Of a stretch of 64,000 nucleotides of DNA, positions 10,580-20,907 are shown one piece after another. Positions within the stretch are counted from its first letter, which is position 1. Each line of letters opens with the position of its first letter. The position numbers and the translations under genes were made by a program. The DNA comes from Myxococcota bacterium. Lineage in GTDB: Bacteria; Myxococcota_A; UBA796; CAJQPC01. The notes under the pieces were generated by a model that was given only the letters and a program-made list of their open reading frames with translations, was not told where the DNA came from and did no database searches. The stretch covers positions 170,599-234,598 of the forward strand of contig DASCPX010000016.1 of assembly GCA_036012755.1 (NCBI GenBank), given 5' to 3'.

Positions 10580-10860
10580 CCGCAGCTCTCGTACCACTCC
10601 GGGTCTTCGGGCTCCGGGAAGGGCTCGTCGGGGTCGATGCAGTTCTCTGTGTAGTCCTTCACCCACTCCTTGACCTCGGCGCGCGGCACCGGGCTCGGGT
10701 TCTCGGCGCAGGCCGCGTAGGGGCCCTCTTCGTAGAGCGCCATCCAGTCGTCCTGGCAGTCGCGCCAGGGTTGCTCCTGCTCGCACTTGCAGTGCGCCTT
10801 CGTGAGATCCGACCAGTAGTCGTCGACCGTGTAGGCGCAGGCCAGGAGGAGGAAGAGCAC
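10576..10860 (-). CDS. Small Cys-rich lipoprotein
   Basis: MLFLLLAC from GTG 10860 (alternative start 10875); several Cys; strong codon bias. Confidence 0.65.
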   Translation of the reverse strand: MLFLLLACAYTVDDYWSDLTKAHCKCEQEQPWRDCQDDWMALYEEGPYAACAENPSPVPRAEVKEWVKDYTENCIDPDEPFPEPEDPEWYESCG

Positions 10861-10938
10861 GGCGCCCACTAACACCTCGGAGCGCCTCGTCTATCGGGCA
10901 TCACCGCGAGCGCGGAGACCCCTGCCCTGTTCGAGCCC

Positions 10939-11496
10939 TCAGGTCTGGGACAGCGCCTGCAGGGCGAAGGCCGTCTCGCTCGGTGCCAGCTCACCCCTGG
11001 CGCTCAGGGCCGCGATCTCGAGCCGCCTCAGGAAGGGATGGTCCGGCATCTGCTCCAGCGCTGGTCTCAGCACGGCGAGCGAGGCAGCGGGCCGGTCGTC
11101 GCGCAGCAACCTCACGGCGGCCTCGCGGGTGGTGTCCGCTTGGACCCGATCCCAGACGGAGGGGACCGCCGCCTCCCGCACGATCCTCAGCCACTCGGCC
11201 AGGCGCTGCGGGTCATAGAGGCAGTCCAAGGCCTCCTCGACGACCTTCTGGGCTTCTGTCGACCAGGAGGTCCTGGTACGGAGGGCCTCGAGCAGTCGAC
11301 GCTGGAGCACATGGGGGCGCCACAGCGCGTGTGGATCCGCCGCCACTTCGGGCAGGAGCGCCAGCGGAGAGAACAGCAGCAAGGCCTCGCGGCGTCGATC
11401 CGGAGAGAAGAGCTCCAGCATGTTCACGTCATTCATGGCGCGGCAGGCAGTGGACCTCTCACGGGTCCGAACGAGAAGACGAGCGAATGCGGTCAT
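10939..11496 (-). CDS. Hypothetical helical protein coupled to the RAYT-like gene
   Basis: ATG overlaps the transposase stop (ATGA 11493-11496); C-terminal TPR-like helix pair; a later start is possible. Confidence 0.5.
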   Translation of the reverse strand: MTAFARLLVRTRERSTACRAMNDVNMLELFSPDRRREALLLFSPLALLPEVAADPHALWRPHVLQRRLLEALRTRTSWSTEAQKVVEEALDCLYDPQRLAEWLRIVREAAVPSVWDRVQADTTREAAVRLLRDDRPAASLAVLRPALEQMPDHPFLRRLEIAALSARGELAPSETAFALQALSQT

Positions 11497-12245
11497 GACC
11501 TGTCCTCCAGGGCGAGACGAAGTCGGGCGGCGATCAGATCGCGGGGATCGGGTCGATGTCGGCGAAGTCGAGAGAGCGCCGACCGAGAGCGCCGAAGACC
11601 ACGGCGGACTTCGGCAGAGCTGAGCCCAGCTTCGAGCGCCAACGCCAGCGCGACCGACACGGCCCGCAAGACCGGAGCGCTGCGACCGGGCAGCTCCGGC
11701 GCGACACAACAGGCGGCGGCAGAGGCCCGAGTCAGGCGCTCGATGCCATCGCTGGCGGCAGCCTCTCGAGGCTCCAGCGGACGGGGCTTCAGCCCGACCA
11801 GCGGGAAGACCTCGCGCATCCGCAGCCGAGGTAGCTCCTCGAAGATGGCGAGACGATCGAGCCCCGGCAGGCGGCGAGCTCCGACGAGATCCTGGAAGCT
11901 GGAGCCGCTCCACGTGGCGTCCGGCCCCAGCCCCTTCTCCCCAGACTGCTGGTAGACGTAGCGCACCAGGAAGCGGAGGTAGGAGCGGGAGTCGACGAGC
12001 TCGGGATGGGCTCGCTTGAGCCTGAGCTCAGGTCTCAGGCCCCCCAGCCCAAGGCCCACGGATCGGCCGAGACGACCAGGTTGTCGCGCCCTGACCACGA
12101 GGTGGAGGTGGTCGTCGACGACGTTGAAGAGGAGGAGGCTGTCCCCGGCAAGCCGAGCCAGCATTCGCACGACGGCGCGGCGCTCGGACTCGGTGCGGGC
12201 GAGGGCCTTTCGACCCCGGACGGCGATGGTGAGGTGGACGATCAT
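11493..12245 (-). mobile_element. REP-associated tyrosine transposase-like (RAYT, Y1 HUH) with C-terminal HTH-like extension
   Basis: N-terminal HLTIAVRGR, HUH motif DDHLHLVV, candidate catalytic Tyr in LVRYVYQQ, WSG after it, and tail LSSAEVRRGLRRSRSALSRL. Confidence 0.7.
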
Positions 12246-12351
12246 GGCCGCCCACAACGCAAGTCCTGCGCCACACGGGATCCCGCATACTTGTAGCGTC
12301 GGCGGTGGCGATTCCGGCGGAACGCGGTCACCCAGCCGGCGACACCTCGCC

Positions 12352-12595
12352 AGGCACTGTCACGCTTCTGCCTCGGTTCTCGAGAACCCCCGGCGATGTG
12401 CAACATCTCGTCCGCTTCTGTGAGGCCCCGGCGGTCAGGGTCGGCGAACGCCTCGTGTGAGGCCCCGGCGGTCAGGGTCGGCGAGCGCCCTGCCTCGTGC
12501 CTGACAGTGCCTCGTCCCGGCACGGAGAGGGCCCGGGCGAGGATCTCGTCGCCTCGCACGCAGGCCGCACCGCTCCTACCGGGCCGGCGATGTGC
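12352..12595. repeat. Structured repeat cluster upstream of the RAYT-like gene
   Basis: IR 12352-12365/12499-12512 (13/14 match); perfect palindrome GGTTCTCGAGAACC 12375-12388; 29-bp direct repeat at 12419 and 12456; CCGGCGATGTGC at 12390 and 12584. Confidence 0.8.
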
Positions 12596-12634
12596 GTGAC
12601 CTCGACCCAGGTCCACCAGAGACCCGGCCGCTGC

Positions 12635-14656
12635 TCAGAGTTCCCCCGAGAGCTCCAAGGCGTACTGTTCCAGGGCCCGAAGCTGGTCGCGCACGCTGGC
12701 GGCGGCTTCGTACTCCAGCTTCTGGGCGTGGGCCTTCATCTCCGCGCGGAGGGACCTGAGCTTCTTGGGGATGTCCTCCAGTTCGAGATCCTCGAAGCCC
12801 TCTGGGGCGGCTTCCGCCTGCTCCTTTCGGTCCTTCGGGATCTCCACCGTGTCCGAGAGCAGCTGGGCCAGTGGGCTCTCGATCGCGCGCTTGATGGTCG
12901 CTGGTGTGATGCCGTGCTCCGCGTTCCACTCCTCCTGGATGGCGCGCCGGCGGTCGGTCTCGTCGATGGCGAGCTTCATCGCGTCGGTGATCTTGTCCCC
13001 GTAGAGGATGCAGCGTCCTTCGACGTTTCGAGCTGCTCGGCCGATGGTCTGGATCAAGCTGCGCCCGCTGCGCAGGAAGCCCTCGCGGTCGGCGTCGAGG
13101 ATGGCGACCAGCGCCACCTCTGGCAGATCCAGGCCCTCCCGGAGCAGGTTGATGCCGACGAGCACGTCGAACTCACCAGCCCGCAGGTCTCGCAGGATGT
13201 CCATGCGCTCGAGCGTGTCGACGTCGCTGTGGAGGTAGCGGATCCGGACTCCGAGCTCCCGGTAGTAGTCGGTCAGCTCCTGGGCCATGCGCTTGGTCAA
13301 GGTCGTCACGAGCACGCGATGACCCCCCGCGACGACCTCGCGGATCTCGTCGAGGAGGTCGTCGACCTCGCCCTTGGCAGGGCGCACCTCGACCTCCGGG
13401 TCGAGCAGGCCGGTGGGTCGGATGACCTGCTCGGTCACCAGGCCCCCGGTCTTGTCCAGCTCGTAGGGGCCCGGGGTGGCCGAGACATAGATGACCTGGT
13501 TGACGCGTTGTTCGAGCTCGTCGAAGCGCAGCGGCCGGTTGTCCAGCGCCGATGGCAGGCGGAAGCCGTGGCGGACCAGGGTCTCCTTTCGGGCCCGGTC
13601 GCCTCGGTACATGCCCCCCACCTGGGGAACGGCCACGTGGGACTCGTCGACGACGAGCAGCCAGTCATCTGGGAAGTACTCGATCAGGTTCGGCGGTGGC
13701 TCGCCCGAAGGCAGCCCGGTCAGGTGCCGGCTGTAGTTCTCTATGCCCGAGCAGTAGCCGAGCTCCTCGATCATCTCGAGGTCGAAGAGGGTGCGCTGCT
13801 CCAACCGCTGGGCCTCGAGCAGCTTGTCCTCGACCCGCAGCGTGCCGAGCCGCTCCAGGAGCTCCTCGCGGATGGTCCCCACGGCCTGCTCCACTCGCGA
13901 CCGCGGCGTGACGTAGTGACTCGCCGGGAAGATGGTCGTGTACTGCATGGTCTCGGTCCGCACGCCCCGCAGCGGATCCGTCGCCGAGATGGCCTCGACC
14001 TCGTCCCCCCAGAGCTCCACGCGGATCGCCGCGTCCTGCGCATCTGCTGGGAAGATCTCGATGACGTCCCCCCGCGCCCGGAAGGTGCCCCTGCGGAAGT
14101 CCATCTCGTTCCGCGAGTACTGGATCTCCACCAGCTTGCGGAGGATGGCGTCCCGGTCGATCTGCTGGCCGACCTCGAGGCGCAGCATCATGCCGTCGTA
14201 GGCCTCTGGCGAGCCGAGGCCGTAGATGCAGCTCACCGACGCCACGATGACCACGTCCCGTCGGGTCAACAGGGCCTTCGTCGCCCGGTGACGGAGCTTG
14301 TCGATCTGGTCGTTGATCAGGCTGTCCTTCTCGATGTACGTGTCGCTCGAGGGGACGTAGGCCTCTGGCTGGTAGTAGTCGAAGTAGCTGACGAAGTACT
14401 CGACGGCGTTGTCGGGAAAGAGCCTCTTGAACTCGCCGTAGAGCTGGGCCGCGAGGGTCTTGTTGTGGGCGAGGACCAGGGTCGGGCGCTTCACACGGTC
14501 GATGACGTTCGCGATCGTCAGGGTCTTGCCCGAGCCGGTGATGCCCAAGAGCACCTGGTGCTGCCTCGGCTCGTTCAAGCCCTCGACGAGCTCCTCGATG
14601 GCTCGGGGCTGGTCCCCGGCGGGAGCGAAAGGCGACTGGAGGCGCAGCTCGGGCAT
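12635..14656 (-). CDS. uvrB: Excinuclease ABC subunit B
   Basis: [61 protein letters not shown]-terminal UVR motif. Confidence 0.99.
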   Translation of the reverse strand: MPELRLQSPFAPAGDQPRAIEELVEGLNEPRQHQVLLGITGSGKTLTIANVIDRVKRPTLVLAHNKTLAAQLYGEFKRLFPDNAVEYFVSYFDYYQPEAYVPSSDTYIEKDSLINDQIDKLRHRATKALLTRRDVVIVASVSCIYGLGSPEAYDGMMLRLEVGQQIDRDAILRKLVEIQYSRNEMDFRRGTFRARGDVIEIFPADAQDAAIRVELWGDEVEAISATDPLRGVRTETMQYTTIFPASHYVTPRSRVEQAVGTIREELLERLGTLRVEDKLLEAQRLEQRTLFDLEMIEELGYCSGIENYSRHLTGLPSGEPPPNLIEYFPDDWLLVVDESHVAVPQVGGMYRGDRARKETLVRHGFRLPSALDNRPLRFDELEQRVNQVIYVSATPGPYELDKTGGLVTEQVIRPTGLLDPEVEVRPAKGEVDDLLDEIREVVAGGHRVLVTTLTKRMAQELTDYYRELGVRIRYLHSDVDTLERMDILRDLRAGEFDVLVGINLLREGLDLPEVALVAILDADREGFLRSGRSLIQTIGRAARNVEGRCILYGDKITDAMKLAIDETDRRRAIQEEWNAEHGITPATIKRAIESPLAQLLSDTVEIPKDRKEQAEAAPEGFEDLELEDIPKKLRSLRAEMKAHAQKLEYEAAASVRDQLRALEQYALELSGEL

Positions 14657-14697
14657 GGTGTCGGTCTATCCCACCGAGCGACCAGGAACTGACCGGG

Positions 14698-15321
14698 TCA
14701 GTAGACGCTGTTGGGGGTGACCATCACGGTGTTGATGGACTTCGTCGCCGTGTAGATCGCGGGGTTGCCGTCTCCGTCGACGTCGATCATGCCGGTGACG
14801 ATGAAGTCACAGCAGCCGAGCGTGTCGACCTGGTAGGTGCCTCGAACCTCGCCGTCCGGCGCCCAACCGAGCTTGTCGAAGCCCTGGGAGCCGGTCCAGC
14901 GGACGGCGTTCTTCCCCAGCACGTGAGACGGTCGCGGAGCCGGCCGCGCCGGGATGAACTCGTCGAAGGCAGCGTCGTAGGTCATCTCCGCATTCTTGAT
15001 GCCGTCCACGTTGGCGGGGACCTCCGCGCGTTTGGCCCGGTACTGCATGGCGACGAAGTTCGGGATGGCGATCGCTGCCAGGATCCCGATCACCGGCAGG
15101 CCCATGCACAGCACGATGACGATGACGATCCCGATCCCGATCGTGGCGCCAGCGCCTCCACCGTCGGACTTCTTCGCCTCGGAAGCGGGCGGCGGTTTTG
15201 CTGTCGGCTTGGACAGCAAGGGCTGAGAAGCCGAGGTCGGCATCGGACCCCCGCAGCCCGGACAGGTGGGGGCTCGGTCGCTGACTTCGCGGCCACAGTC
15301 GTTACAGCGGGTCAATCCCAT
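14698..15321 (-). CDS. Zinc-ribbon / type IV pilin-like fusion protein (paralogue 1)
   Basis: RBS GGAGGGA; CNDC..CPGC; IGILAAIAIPNFVAMQYRAKRAE matches the pilin alpha1 helix. Confidence 0.8.
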   Translation of the reverse strand: MGLTRCNDCGREVSDRAPTCPGCGGPMPTSASQPLLSKPTAKPPPASEAKKSDGGGAGATIGIGIVIVIVLCMGLPVIGILAAIAIPNFVAMQYRAKRAEVPANVDGIKNAEMTYDAAFDEFIPARPAPRPSHVLGKNAVRWTGSQGFDKLGWAPDGEVRGTYQVDTLGCCDFIVTGMIDVDGDGNPAIYTATKSINTVMVTPNSVY

Positions 15322-15356
15322 CGCTCCCTCCGGAAGGCACCAGGATAGTCCAAAGC

Positions 15357-15898
15357 TCAGTAGGCGCTGGTCGGTGTCAACATCCGCGCGCTGTCCTCGC
15401 GCGTGGCGACGTAGTGCGCTGGCTCGCCGTCGGCGTCGATGTCGATCATGCCGTGGACCTCGAAGTCGTCTCCGAGATCGACCACCCAGCAGGCACCCCG
15501 GACCTGGCCATCCGGCGACCACCCGAGCTGCTCGAAGCCCCCCCATCCGGCCAGGGCACGGCCGCCCCGTCCAGCGCCGTCACGGGCCGCGGCGTCGGGT
15601 CCGGGATTCCCAGGTAGCTGTCGAAGGCGGCGGCGTAGGCCAACTCCGCGGCTCGGATGCCGTCGACGTTGGAAGGCACCTCTGCGCGCTTGGCGCGCCA
15701 GCCCATCTGGAGCATGCTCGGGATGGCGATGGCCGCCAGGAGGCCCACAACCACGATGAGCAGGACGCCCGCCCCGAGGACCCCGGCGACGATCCCCCCG
15801 ATCGAGGAGGGCCGCTCTGTCGACGACATCGAGCCACCACAGTGGGGACAGCTGGTCCTGCGCTCGCTGACGTCGCCGCCGCAGTCCCTGCAGATCAC
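15357..15898 (-). pseudogene. Zinc-ribbon / pilin-like fusion (paralogue 2), frameshifted in a G7 run
   Basis: N-half in the 15446-15985 frame, C-half in the 15357-16004 frame; both align with paralogue 1; shift at 15538-15544. Confidence 0.8.
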
Positions 15899-15940
15899 TA
15901 CGCCTATCGCGGCCTCCAGCGTCCACGATAGACCTACGGT

Positions 15941-16507
15941 GTGCTGCTCCTCTTCCTTGCATGCCAGCCAAGCGCCGATCCTCACTGGGTCGCGATGCAG
16001 ACATGCCTAGCCATGCCGGGTCTGTACATGGACGGAGCCTCTCAGGCGCTGGCCAGCCGGGCCGTGGCGCAGGAGGAGCTCGAGATCTGGCGCGGTGACG
16101 CCAGCTACGGCGTCGAGGGCTACGGGCCGGTCTACGAAGAGCTCGGGCTCGAGGGCGTCGCCGTCATCCGCAGCAACTCCCTCTGCTCGGTCGACGAGGT
16201 CAGCGACTCCACCGCTACGGTCACGCGAAAGGAGCCCGACATCGAGGCGATGGACCCCTGGAAGATCAAGGAGGTCTGGAAGCTCGAGCTCGTGGCGCGA
16301 ACCCACACCTTCGACATCGGGCCCTCTGATGAGGGCTACCGCGCCTTCCTCGGCCTGAGATCGAAGCGTGGCCTCGCCCTGTCCTCGGAGCTGCTGGTGG
16401 CCCAGGGCCGCTTCGACGAGGCCGTCGAGGAGTACCGCGCGCTCCACGCCGAGTTCCCCGACCCGCGCATCCTCTGGCGCATCCGCCAGATCGAAGCGAA
16501 GCGGTAG
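15941..16507 (+). CDS. Hypothetical lipoprotein
   Basis: MLLLFLAC; strong codon bias. Confidence 0.7.
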   Translation: MLLLFLACQPSADPHWVAMQTCLAMPGLYMDGASQALASRAVAQEELEIWRGDASYGVEGYGPVYEELGLEGVAVIRSNSLCSVDEVSDSTATVTRKEPDIEAMDPWKIKEVWKLELVARTHTFDIGPSDEGYRAFLGLRSKRGLALSSELLVAQGRFDEAVEEYRALHAEFPDPRILWRIRQIEAKR

Positions 16508-17224
16508 TCACTCCTCCAAGAGCGCGAACTCGTCGAAGTAGACCCCGCCGTTGCCATCGAAGCAGCCGGGGTCCTGGGCCTTGCACTGCCAGAAGATGAG
16601 CACGGCCTGCAGGATCGCGCTGTCTGTCGGAGCCGTGCCCTTCGCGGTCAGCTCGTGCCAGGTGCCGGTCGCCGAGTCCTTCGTGATCGGGTCGCTCTCC
16701 GCTTCGCCGAGGAGCTCGCCGTAGCCCTCCGAGTAGAACTTCAGCTCGAGCTGGGCGTAGGTGTGCGTCGCGGTCAGGGGGTCGTCTTCGTGGTGCCAGC
16801 CAGTAGCCGACAGCGTGTAGACCGAGCCCGCGGTGGCAGTCGTCTCCTGGTAGATCGCCGTGTCGTTCTCCACGCCCTCGTCCAGCCACTCCCCGTAGAG
16901 CTTCAGCGACTGCGAGCCCTCCGGCGCCGCGAAGGTGTCGGTGCTGTTGAAGAGGGTGTCGCCGGTCGCGACGATCTCGTAGTTGTCCTGGTCCGCCGTG
17001 TAGATCAACCAGTCGGCGAAGCCATCCTCGAAGCCGGGGTTCGAGAGCAGGTTGAGATCCGTGTCGGCGTCGGCGTCGGCGTCCGTGTCGCTGTCCGTGT
17101 CGCTGTCCGTGTCGCTGTCGGCGTCGCTGTCCGAGTCCGAGTCCGTGTCCGCGTCTGTCTCCGAAACGAGCCCGGAATCGAGGGCGTTCAGGCCGGTGCA
17201 GGCCCACAACAGAGCGAGTGTCAT
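16508..17224 (-). CDS. Lipoprotein with Asp-rich (DT/DS/DA) linker and carbohydrate-binding-module-like jelly-roll domain
   Basis: MTLALLWAC; DTDSDSDSDADSD repeat; NLLSNPGFEDG...VYFDEFAL. Confidence 0.8.
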   Translation of the reverse strand: MTLALLWACTGLNALDSGLVSETDADTDSDSDSDADSDTDSDTDSDTDADADADTDLNLLSNPGFEDGFADWLIYTADQDNYEIVATGDTLFNSTDTFAAPEGSQSLKLYGEWLDEGVENDTAIYQETTATAGSVYTLSATGWHHEDDPLTATHTYAQLELKFYSEGYGELLGEAESDPITKDSATGTWHELTAKGTAPTDSAILQAVLIFWQCKAQDPGCFDGNGGVYFDEFALLEE

Positions 17225-17271
17225 TCGAGCCTCCTCTTCAGCCGGATATCCTCCGACCTCTCGGAGGCTAG

Positions 17272-18432
17272 ATGCTGCTTCTCCTGATGGCCTGCAACGG
17301 CGACACGGATCCCATCTACGAGGAGCTGGACAGCGATCCCTACGTTCCCTGGCCCGACTCCGGCGACGACGGGACCGACGAGGACGGGGACGGGTGGTCT
17401 GTCGAAGAGGGCGACTGCGACGACGACGACATCTACATCCACCCTGGTTGGGAGGAGTCCGACCAGGAGGGCAACCACACCGACGGCAAGGACAACGACT
17501 GCGACGGCACCATCGACGAGACCTTCCGGGGACTCGTCGTGCTCCAGCAGGGGCGCTGGGATCTCGGTACCAGTTCCAGGATCGTGCTCGTCGACAGCTT
17601 CGGCGAGACAGAGGAGGAGGTCGAGTTCCTCGATCTGAACGTCCAGCCCATCCAGTTCCAGGACAACTCGGGCAAGTGGTACGACTTCACCTTCGAGCTG
17701 GCCCCAGGTGTCTTCGACGGCTGGGCCGTGCTCGGCGAGGATCGGACCACCCACGGACGCCTCATGGTCGAGGTCAGCGAGACCGGCGAGGTCTCCCAGC
17801 TCGTCGACTTCAGCGACGCCGAGGCCTACCCCGGCGGCGCCTGGGGGATCGACGTCCACCCCGACGGCTACTACCTCGTCGCTGGCCTGACCGTGCTCTA
17901 CAAGGTCGACCCGAGCGGGCAGGTCGAGACCGTCGCGGAGTTCCTCGACACCGACGGCGAGACCCCCCTGATGCTCGCCTTCGAGGTCGGTGTGGACAAC
18001 ATCACCGGTCAGATCGCGGTCTTCGGCTACTACGGCGGCGCGGCGCTGATCGATCCCGAGACCTTCGAGGTGACCTGGGTCATCCAGACGGACTTCGACA
18101 ACATCACCCACAACATGTGGTCAGCCTCTCACTGGGACACCCGCGGCGGCTGGTACGCCGGCGGCCAGGACTCGGAGGGGTGGAAGGTCTTCCGGCTGAA
18201 CGAGACCAACAGCGAGTGGGTCGAGAAGGCCGTCTTCGACGAGTCGTGGGAGCCTCACGCGATGACCGTCGACACGGTCTACGGCGAGTACTTCATGTCC
18301 GCCTACGGTGGCCAGTACCCCGTCGTCTGGGAGCTCGACGCCGAGACCGGCGAGCAGCCCAGCCAGTTCTTCGCGTCCCCTCACAGCGGCACCTACTTCC
18401 TGGACATGTGGGACCTCACGACCCGGTACTGA
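17272..18432 (+). CDS. Lipoprotein with DCDD metal-binding motif and probable beta-propeller
   Basis: RBS GGAGG; MLLLLMAC; DEDGDGWSVEEGDCDDDDIYIHPG...DNDCDGTIDE; beta-strand repeats. Confidence 0.8.
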   Translation: MLLLLMACNGDTDPIYEELDSDPYVPWPDSGDDGTDEDGDGWSVEEGDCDDDDIYIHPGWEESDQEGNHTDGKDNDCDGTIDETFRGLVVLQQGRWDLGTSSRIVLVDSFGETEEEVEFLDLNVQPIQFQDNSGKWYDFTFELAPGVFDGWAVLGEDRTTHGRLMVEVSETGEVSQLVDFSDAEAYPGGAWGIDVHPDGYYLVAGLTVLYKVDPSGQVETVAEFLDTDGETPLMLAFEVGVDNITGQIAVFGYYGGAALIDPETFEVTWVIQTDFDNITHNMWSASHWDTRGGWYAGGQDSEGWKVFRLNETNSEWVEKAVFDESWEPHAMTVDTVYGEYFMSAYGGQYPVVWELDAETGEQPSQFFASPHSGTYFLDMWDLTTRY

Positions 18433-18509
18433 GGCAGGGGACTTTGCCTTCCGAGATGGTCGTGGTTTCATGACCGCGGAGACAGGACGTCCTCTGGAGT
18501 CGACAAAGA

Positions 18510-19385
18510 TTGCCAACGCTGCCCGCACTCGATGACCTCCGATGCTTCGAGGCCGCAGCGGTCAGGCTGAACTTCCGGGCAGCCAGCAGCGCCGTCGGTC
18601 TGTCGCCGGCCGCCTTCAGCGAGCGCATCAAGCGCTTGGAGGACCGCCTCGGTGTCCGGCTCTTCAACCGCACCACCCGCCGCGTCCAGCTCACTCTGGA
18701 GGGCGAGCGCCTGCTCCCCCAGGCGCGCAGGACCCTGGCCGAGGCGAGGGCTTGCCTCGATCTCGGTGGCGGGCCGAGCCCCTTCGAGCTGACCCTCGGC
18801 GTCGGCTTCGAGTTGGGCCTGTCCTGGCTCGTTCCGGGCCTGGAGACCCTCCGTGAGGAGCGCCCCGAGCGCAGGCTCCACCTCACCTTCGGTGATGGCC
18901 AGGACCTCGTCCAAGCACTCGATCAGGGCCACGCCGATGCGGTGATCGGGAGCATGCAGCCGCCCTCACCCACTCTCGAGGCCGCGCTCCTGCACGAGGG
19001 ACACCACCTGCTGGTGAGCTCGCCCGAGCTGGACATCGAGTCGCCAGAGGACGCCGCGGCCCTGACGCTGGTCGACATCTCTCCGAAGCTGCCGCTCTTC
19101 CAGTCTTGGCGACAAGCCCAGCCTGCCGAGCAGGTGTGGCGCTTCGGGTCGCATGAGTACATGGGCACGATCGGCGCGATCAAGGCTCGCCTGTTGGCTG
19201 GTGCCGGAGTCGCGGTGCTGCCCGAGTACTTCGTCCGCGAGGCCCTGACGGCTGGTGACCTCGTCGAGCGCACGCCCGGTCATCGCCCTCGCAGCGACTG
19301 GCTCCGTCTCCTCTGGCGACCGGATCACCCGCGCGCTGGGGAGCTGCAGTGCCTCGCGACGTCCCTCCGGGCGCTGCCCCTCTGA
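18510..19385 (+). CDS. LysR-family transcriptional regulator
   Basis: LRCFEAAAVRLNFRAASSAVGLSPAAFSERIKRLEDRLGVRLFNRTTRRVQLTLEG. Confidence 0.95.
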   Translation: MPTLPALDDLRCFEAAAVRLNFRAASSAVGLSPAAFSERIKRLEDRLGVRLFNRTTRRVQLTLEGERLLPQARRTLAEARACLDLGGGPSPFELTLGVGFELGLSWLVPGLETLREERPERRLHLTFGDGQDLVQALDQGHADAVIGSMQPPSPTLEAALLHEGHHLLVSSPELDIESPEDAAALTLVDISPKLPLFQSWRQAQPAEQVWRFGSHEYMGTIGAIKARLLAGAGVAVLPEYFVREALTAGDLVERTPGHRPRSDWLRLLWRPDHPRAGELQCLATSLRALPL

Positions 19386-19389
19386 TCGC

Positions 19390-20835
19390 TCACCGCTCCA
19401 AGCGCCCGAGCGCCGGCGCCTCCGCGAAGGCGCGCTTGTAGTCGGCGAAGCGTCCCCCTGCTGCGACGGCGTCGTAGAGAGCGCGGCCCTCCGGGGGGCC
19501 GCCCTGGGCGAGGACCGCCTCGACCCATGCCCACCTCGCCGACGTGGCGCGCACCTCGGCGGCGCCCTTCAGCCCTCGGCGCAGACGCCGCAAGCGCCGC
19601 TCGATCTGCTTCTGGCCCGCGAAGCCCGCGTCCACCAGCGGCGTCCCGAGCTTCGGCACGAAGGGGGCGATGCCCAGGGCGACGGGGTGGATGCTGGCGA
19701 GCTGTCGGGTGAAGGCGACGAGCTCGTCGATGTCCTCGTCCTGCTCCCCGGGGACGCCGACCATCATGTAGACCTTCAGGACCCGGAACCGGTGCTCCCG
19801 GGCCAGTTCGGCGCAGCGCAGCAGGTGCCGCTCGACGGTGCCCTTCTCCAGGTCCCGACGAAGCCGCTGGCTGGCGGCGTCGCTGGCGACGGTCAGGGTG
19901 GAGTAGCCCCCCGCCCGCAACAGCCGCGCGATGTCCGGCCTGAGGGCTACGCGATCCGCGCGCAGCGAGGAGATGCCCAGACCGACCCCGGCTTCGACCA
20001 GCCTATCGAGCAAGGGAACCAGCCCCGGGTGGTCGGAGATGGCGGCGCCGACGAGCCCGACCCGAGACGCGTAGGGAGGCACGAGCTCCAGGACGCGCTC
20101 CGGGCTCACCAGCCGCATGCCGCCGGAGGTCGAGCGACGCATCACGCAGAAGGTGCACTGGCGGTGGCAACCACGTTCGCCCTCGACGAGGAACATGTTG
20201 GAGAGCTCTGCATGAGGCGTGACGATCTGCGATCTCGCCGGAAGCAGCTCGTCAGGCGCCCTCGCGACCGGAACGAGGCCCTCGCGCCGAGAGGGCACGA
20301 GCCCCCCGGGCAGTCCCTCGATCACGCTGAGCCAGTCCTCGTCCCGCAGCGCCGCGTCCATCGCGGGCACGACCTGTTCGTCGGCCTCGCCGAGCAACAG
20401 GGCGTCGACGAAAGGGCTCAGCGGGAGGGGATTGCTGAAGGTCAGCGGGCCGCCGGCGAGGATGCGGGGATGCCGGTCCCCGCGGTCCTTTGACAGCGGC
20501 GGGATCCCGGCCAGCTCGAGGCACTTGATCAGCCCGGCCAGCTCGAGCTCGTAGGCGACGCTCACCCCAACCACCGGGAAGTGCGACAGGGGCGTCTCTG
20601 TCTCGATCGTGAGGAGCGGTCCGCGCCAGGCTCCGGGGTCGTCGGGCAACACGGCCCGCTCGACGGCGAAGCCCGCGTCGGACAGCAGGCGGTGGATCCA
20701 CTGGAACCCCAGCGACGACATCGCGGCGCGGTAGGGCGAGGGGTACAGGAGCGCGACGCGCCGCGGTCCGGGCGAGAACGTCGAGCCTTGCTCTTCCGCG
20801 CGCCACGCGCGCAGCTGCCGGAGGGGATCCGCCAT
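19390..20835 (-). CDS. Radical SAM protein with N-terminal B12-binding-like domain
   Basis: EGERGCHRQCTFC (CxxxCxxC); YRAAMSSLGFQ; LKVYMMVGVPGE. Confidence 0.88.
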   Translation of the reverse strand: MADPLRQLRAWRAEEQGSTFSPGPRRVALLYPSPYRAAMSSLGFQWIHRLLSDAGFAVERAVLPDDPGAWRGPLLTIETETPLSHFPVVGVSVAYELELAGLIKCLELAGIPPLSKDRGDRHPRILAGGPLTFSNPLPLSPFVDALLLGEADEQVVPAMDAALRDEDWLSVIEGLPGGLVPSRREGLVPVARAPDELLPARSQIVTPHAELSNMFLVEGERGCHRQCTFCVMRRSTSGGMRLVSPERVLELVPPYASRVGLVGAAISDHPGLVPLLDRLVEAGVGLGISSLRADRVALRPDIARLLRAGGYSTLTVASDAASQRLRRDLEKGTVERHLLRCAELAREHRFRVLKVYMMVGVPGEQDEDIDELVAFTRQLASIHPVALGIAPFVPKLGTPLVDAGFAGQKQIERRLRRLRRGLKGAAEVRATSARWAWVEAVLAQGGPPEGRALYDAVAAGGRFADYKRAFAEAPALGRLER

Positions 20836-20907
20836 GGCCCCAGACTAACTGCGCCCGGTCCTGGCCCACCGCTTGCACTGACAGCCGGCAGGCACCCCGG
20901 GAATCCG

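Noticed and set aside
11493..12257. IS200/IS605 element with TnpB
   Set aside because: No TnpB/RuvC gene adjacent, and the protein is longer than IS200 TnpA with RAYT-like features
12419..12484. 37-bp-period repeat as a mini CRISPR array
   Set aside because: Only two copies with an 8-bp gap, and no cas genes in the window
17056..17160. Asp-Ser/Thr hexamer repeat as a staphylococcal Sdr adhesin or contingency locus
   Set aside because: Short in-frame acidic linker in a small lipoprotein; no LPXTG, and length change would not shift frame
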